Positions 56,679 through 58,434 of a stretch of 58,434 bases of DNA are shown piece by piece; position 1 is the first letter of the stretch; each line of letters starts with the position of its first letter. Origin of the DNA: a virus (lineage: Duplodnaviria; Caudoviricetes); the IMG/VR virus record IMGVR_UViG_3300035193_000026, positions 1 to 58,434 of that record. One strand, written 5' to 3'. The notes below the pieces were generated by a model. It did not search any database, had not been told where the DNA came from, and was given only the letters and a program-made list of their open reading frames with translations. The translations under genes were made by a program, and so were the position numbers.

Positions 56679-56694
56679 TGCAACATAGATGCCA
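56679..56694 (-). promoter_or_regulatory. sigma54 (-24/-12) promoter-like site
   Basis: TGGCATCTATGTTGCA versus consensus TGGCACG-N4-TTGCW with correct GG-N10-GC spacing, about 50 nt upstream of the first leftward ATG. Confidence 0.6.
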
Positions 56695-56779
56695 AACTAT
56701 ATTAAAAAAACGTAAGTACATGATATCACAAGGGATAAAAAAATCAAGGTATAAATACAGGATATGTTTAGCCCTTAAA

Positions 56780-56911
56780 TGAAGGAGAAAACATACACAT
56801 TCAAAAATGGAATAACAGACAGTCATCAAATAATAAGTAAAAACATAATAAAATCAATTATATAATATGAAGGAAAAACTGTACACCAACTTGAAGGGAA
56901 TAACAGACAGT
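56780..56911. repeat. 88-bp-period direct repeat in the longest intergenic region
   Basis: TGAAGGA.AAA...TACAC at 56780 and 56868; GGAATAACAGACAGT at 56809 and 56897. Confidence 0.75.
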
Positions 56912-57073
56912 ATTTTAAGCGGTAGTCAAAAGAATAACAGTACATAAACAAGACAAAAGTTAAAATGCCGAACCACCTACCTAAACTCCTACCTGTATTA
57001 AAACAATAAAAAAAGTTAATTAATTTGTATTTTTTATATTTACAAATCGTTTATAATATAATATGCTTTAATA

Positions 57074-57403
57074 ATGGGAGATAAAAGAAAACTCAACAAA
57101 CTACCTCCAAGATTAAACACTCTTTCAACAAAAATAGGAAGTGATATATCTACAAAACGAATCACCGGATCAGCATTGCAGAAAATTAATGACCGGATAG
57201 CTGCCCGTGATAATTATATATGTCAAATATGCCACAGATTTGTAACAACTTATGAAATTGATCATAAAATTCCCTTATTCATGGGAGGTCAGGAGGTAGA
57301 CGAAAATCGTCAACTTTTATGTATCTCCTGCCACAAAAATAAAACAGCGAAAGAAGAAAGTGAGCGACAAGGATGGGTTAATAGACCTGAATGTTTCAAA
57401 TAA
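57074..57403 (+). CDS. terminase-associated HNH endonuclease (HK97 gp74-like)
   Basis: RD.Y.CQ.C......EIDH.IPL..GG.....N.Q.LC..CH..KT..E; located near the genome end. Confidence 0.85.
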   Translation: MGDKRKLNKLPPRLNTLSTKIGSDISTKRITGSALQKINDRIAARDNYICQICHRFVTTYEIDHKIPLFMGGQEVDENRQLLCISCHKNKTAKEESERQGWVNRPECFK

Positions 57404-57434
57404 TACAATAACAATTTAACCGGGAGATGATAAA

Positions 57435-58145
57435 ATGAAAATGATAAAAAGATATAATCAATCAGATGAAGGTATACAAGGCAATTTTCCTTTGCATATG
57501 GCACTAAATAAGAATGGAGCCTGGGTAAAATGGGAAGATGTAGAACCCATAATCAAGCGACATCGTGAGGTATTAAGTAGGTTATGGACAGATGATTACG
57601 GTATATATATTGATGACAATCCTCAAATAATAGATGGAATCAGCATACCAAAGAAACCGGATGGAAGCATTAAGTGTAATTTTTGTTACAAGTCAAGTAT
57701 AGATACCTCTGCTATGTTTACGAATGGTGGTCATACCTATATTTGCAAAGAATGTGTTGATATGTACTGGGATAAATATAATAAGAATAATAAGCCACAG
57801 CATAATTCTCCGGAAAAGTTAAGGGAAATAATAAGAGAAATAAAAAAAATATGTTCAGCTACTTACGTTAATTACAAAAAGTCATTCAATGACATTTGCA
57901 ATATAATGGGAATCGATACATCAAGGGGGGCAATACCATCAGAAGAAAATCCTGTTATATTTAAATATGATTTCCCTGATATAGAAGGATACCAAGGAGA
58001 AGTAATTGAATTAAAATGTAATTGTCAAGAAGAAGTTGAACGGATTAATAATGGAAGTAGTATAAATAAAGTTCCAGGCGGTTATGTGATAAATGAAATC
58101 AAAGACTGGTGGATATGCCCTGCCCACGGATATAAGAAGAGGTAA
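57435..58145 (+). CDS. hypothetical protein containing a ClpX-type C4 zinc finger
   Basis: CNFCYKS...YICKECVD. Confidence 0.65.
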   Translation: MKMIKRYNQSDEGIQGNFPLHMALNKNGAWVKWEDVEPIIKRHREVLSRLWTDDYGIYIDDNPQIIDGISIPKKPDGSIKCNFCYKSSIDTSAMFTNGGHTYICKECVDMYWDKYNKNNKPQHNSPEKLREIIREIKKICSATYVNYKKSFNDICNIMGIDTSRGAIPSEENPVIFKYDFPDIEGYQGEVIELKCNCQEEVERINNGSSINKVPGGYVINEIKDWWICPAHGYKKR

Positions 58146-58158
58146 GAAAAACATAGAA

Positions 58159-58341
58159 ATGGGACAAGTTATTAAAGAAAAAAATATTGATCAATGGTGT
58201 AATTGTTTTGTTGAATTAGGAAGTTACATAAGGATATTAAACACAGATGATTTTACCTGTTTAGATTGTAGCTTATATTATACCGGAGAATGCCCTTATG
58301 TCGAGGTAGATAATAAAAATATTGCAACTAACAGCAACTAA
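58159..58341 (+). CDS. Cys-rich micro-protein
   Basis: MGQVIKEK...CNC...CLDC...CPY. Confidence 0.4.
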   Translation: MGQVIKEKNIDQWCNCFVELGSYIRILNTDDFTCLDCSLYYTGECPYVEVDNKNIATNSN

Positions 58342-58434
58342 TGATAAAATAAATAACTATGTTAAGTAATATAATAATTTCAACCACATACAGGGGGCAT
58401 CAAAATCTTTACAGCTTTTCAATATCTGGAAATA

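Larger units (their letters stand above)
1..58434. mobile_element. HK97-like siphovirus (Caudoviricetes) genome, apparently complete
   Basis: Ordered terminase-portal-protease-capsid-tail modules plus recombination and replication modules; no host housekeeping genes at either end; HNH gene near the right end and terS near the left end. Confidence 0.95.

Noticed and set aside
55829-56911. Repeats as a possible mini-CRISPR array
   Set aside because: Units contain RBS and ATG and are separated by whole genes, or occur only twice; there are no uniform 30-40 nt spacers and no cas genes
80-58341. Alternative genetic code (stop-codon reassignment)
   Set aside because: Core genes are full length under the standard code and TAA, TGA and TAG all act as stops

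Overview
The window appears to be a complete, or nearly complete, ~58 kb AT-rich HK97-like siphovirus genome opened at the cos region. Left arm: a ParB/PAPS-reductase-like (PP-loop) fusion, a small leftward operon, then terminase, portal, ClpP-type protease, HK97 capsid, head-tail proteins and a non-contractile tail (chaperone frameshift, tape measure, 1833-aa tip protein). Next come an antisense lipoprotein gene, four signal-peptide-bearing fibre/lectin-like genes and two holin-like genes with no recognisable endolysin. Middle: a leftward early region (Sak4-like ATPase, exonuclease, SpoU methyltransferase, many Cys-rich micro-ORFs) and a divergent promoter pair with a Cro-like gene. Right arm: a replication region (Prim-Pol/helicase with internal repeats, SSB, RuvC-like) and a leftward cluster preceded by a sigma54-like promoter. 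I found no integrase, CI-type repressor, tRNA or CRISPR array. The best candidates for an undescribed system are the four exported (Sec and Tat) fibre-like proteins in the tail-fibre slot, the ParB-PP-loop putative DNA sulfur-modification enzyme next to cos and terminase, and several structured RNA leaders. Family assignments come from motif recognition by eye, not database searches.
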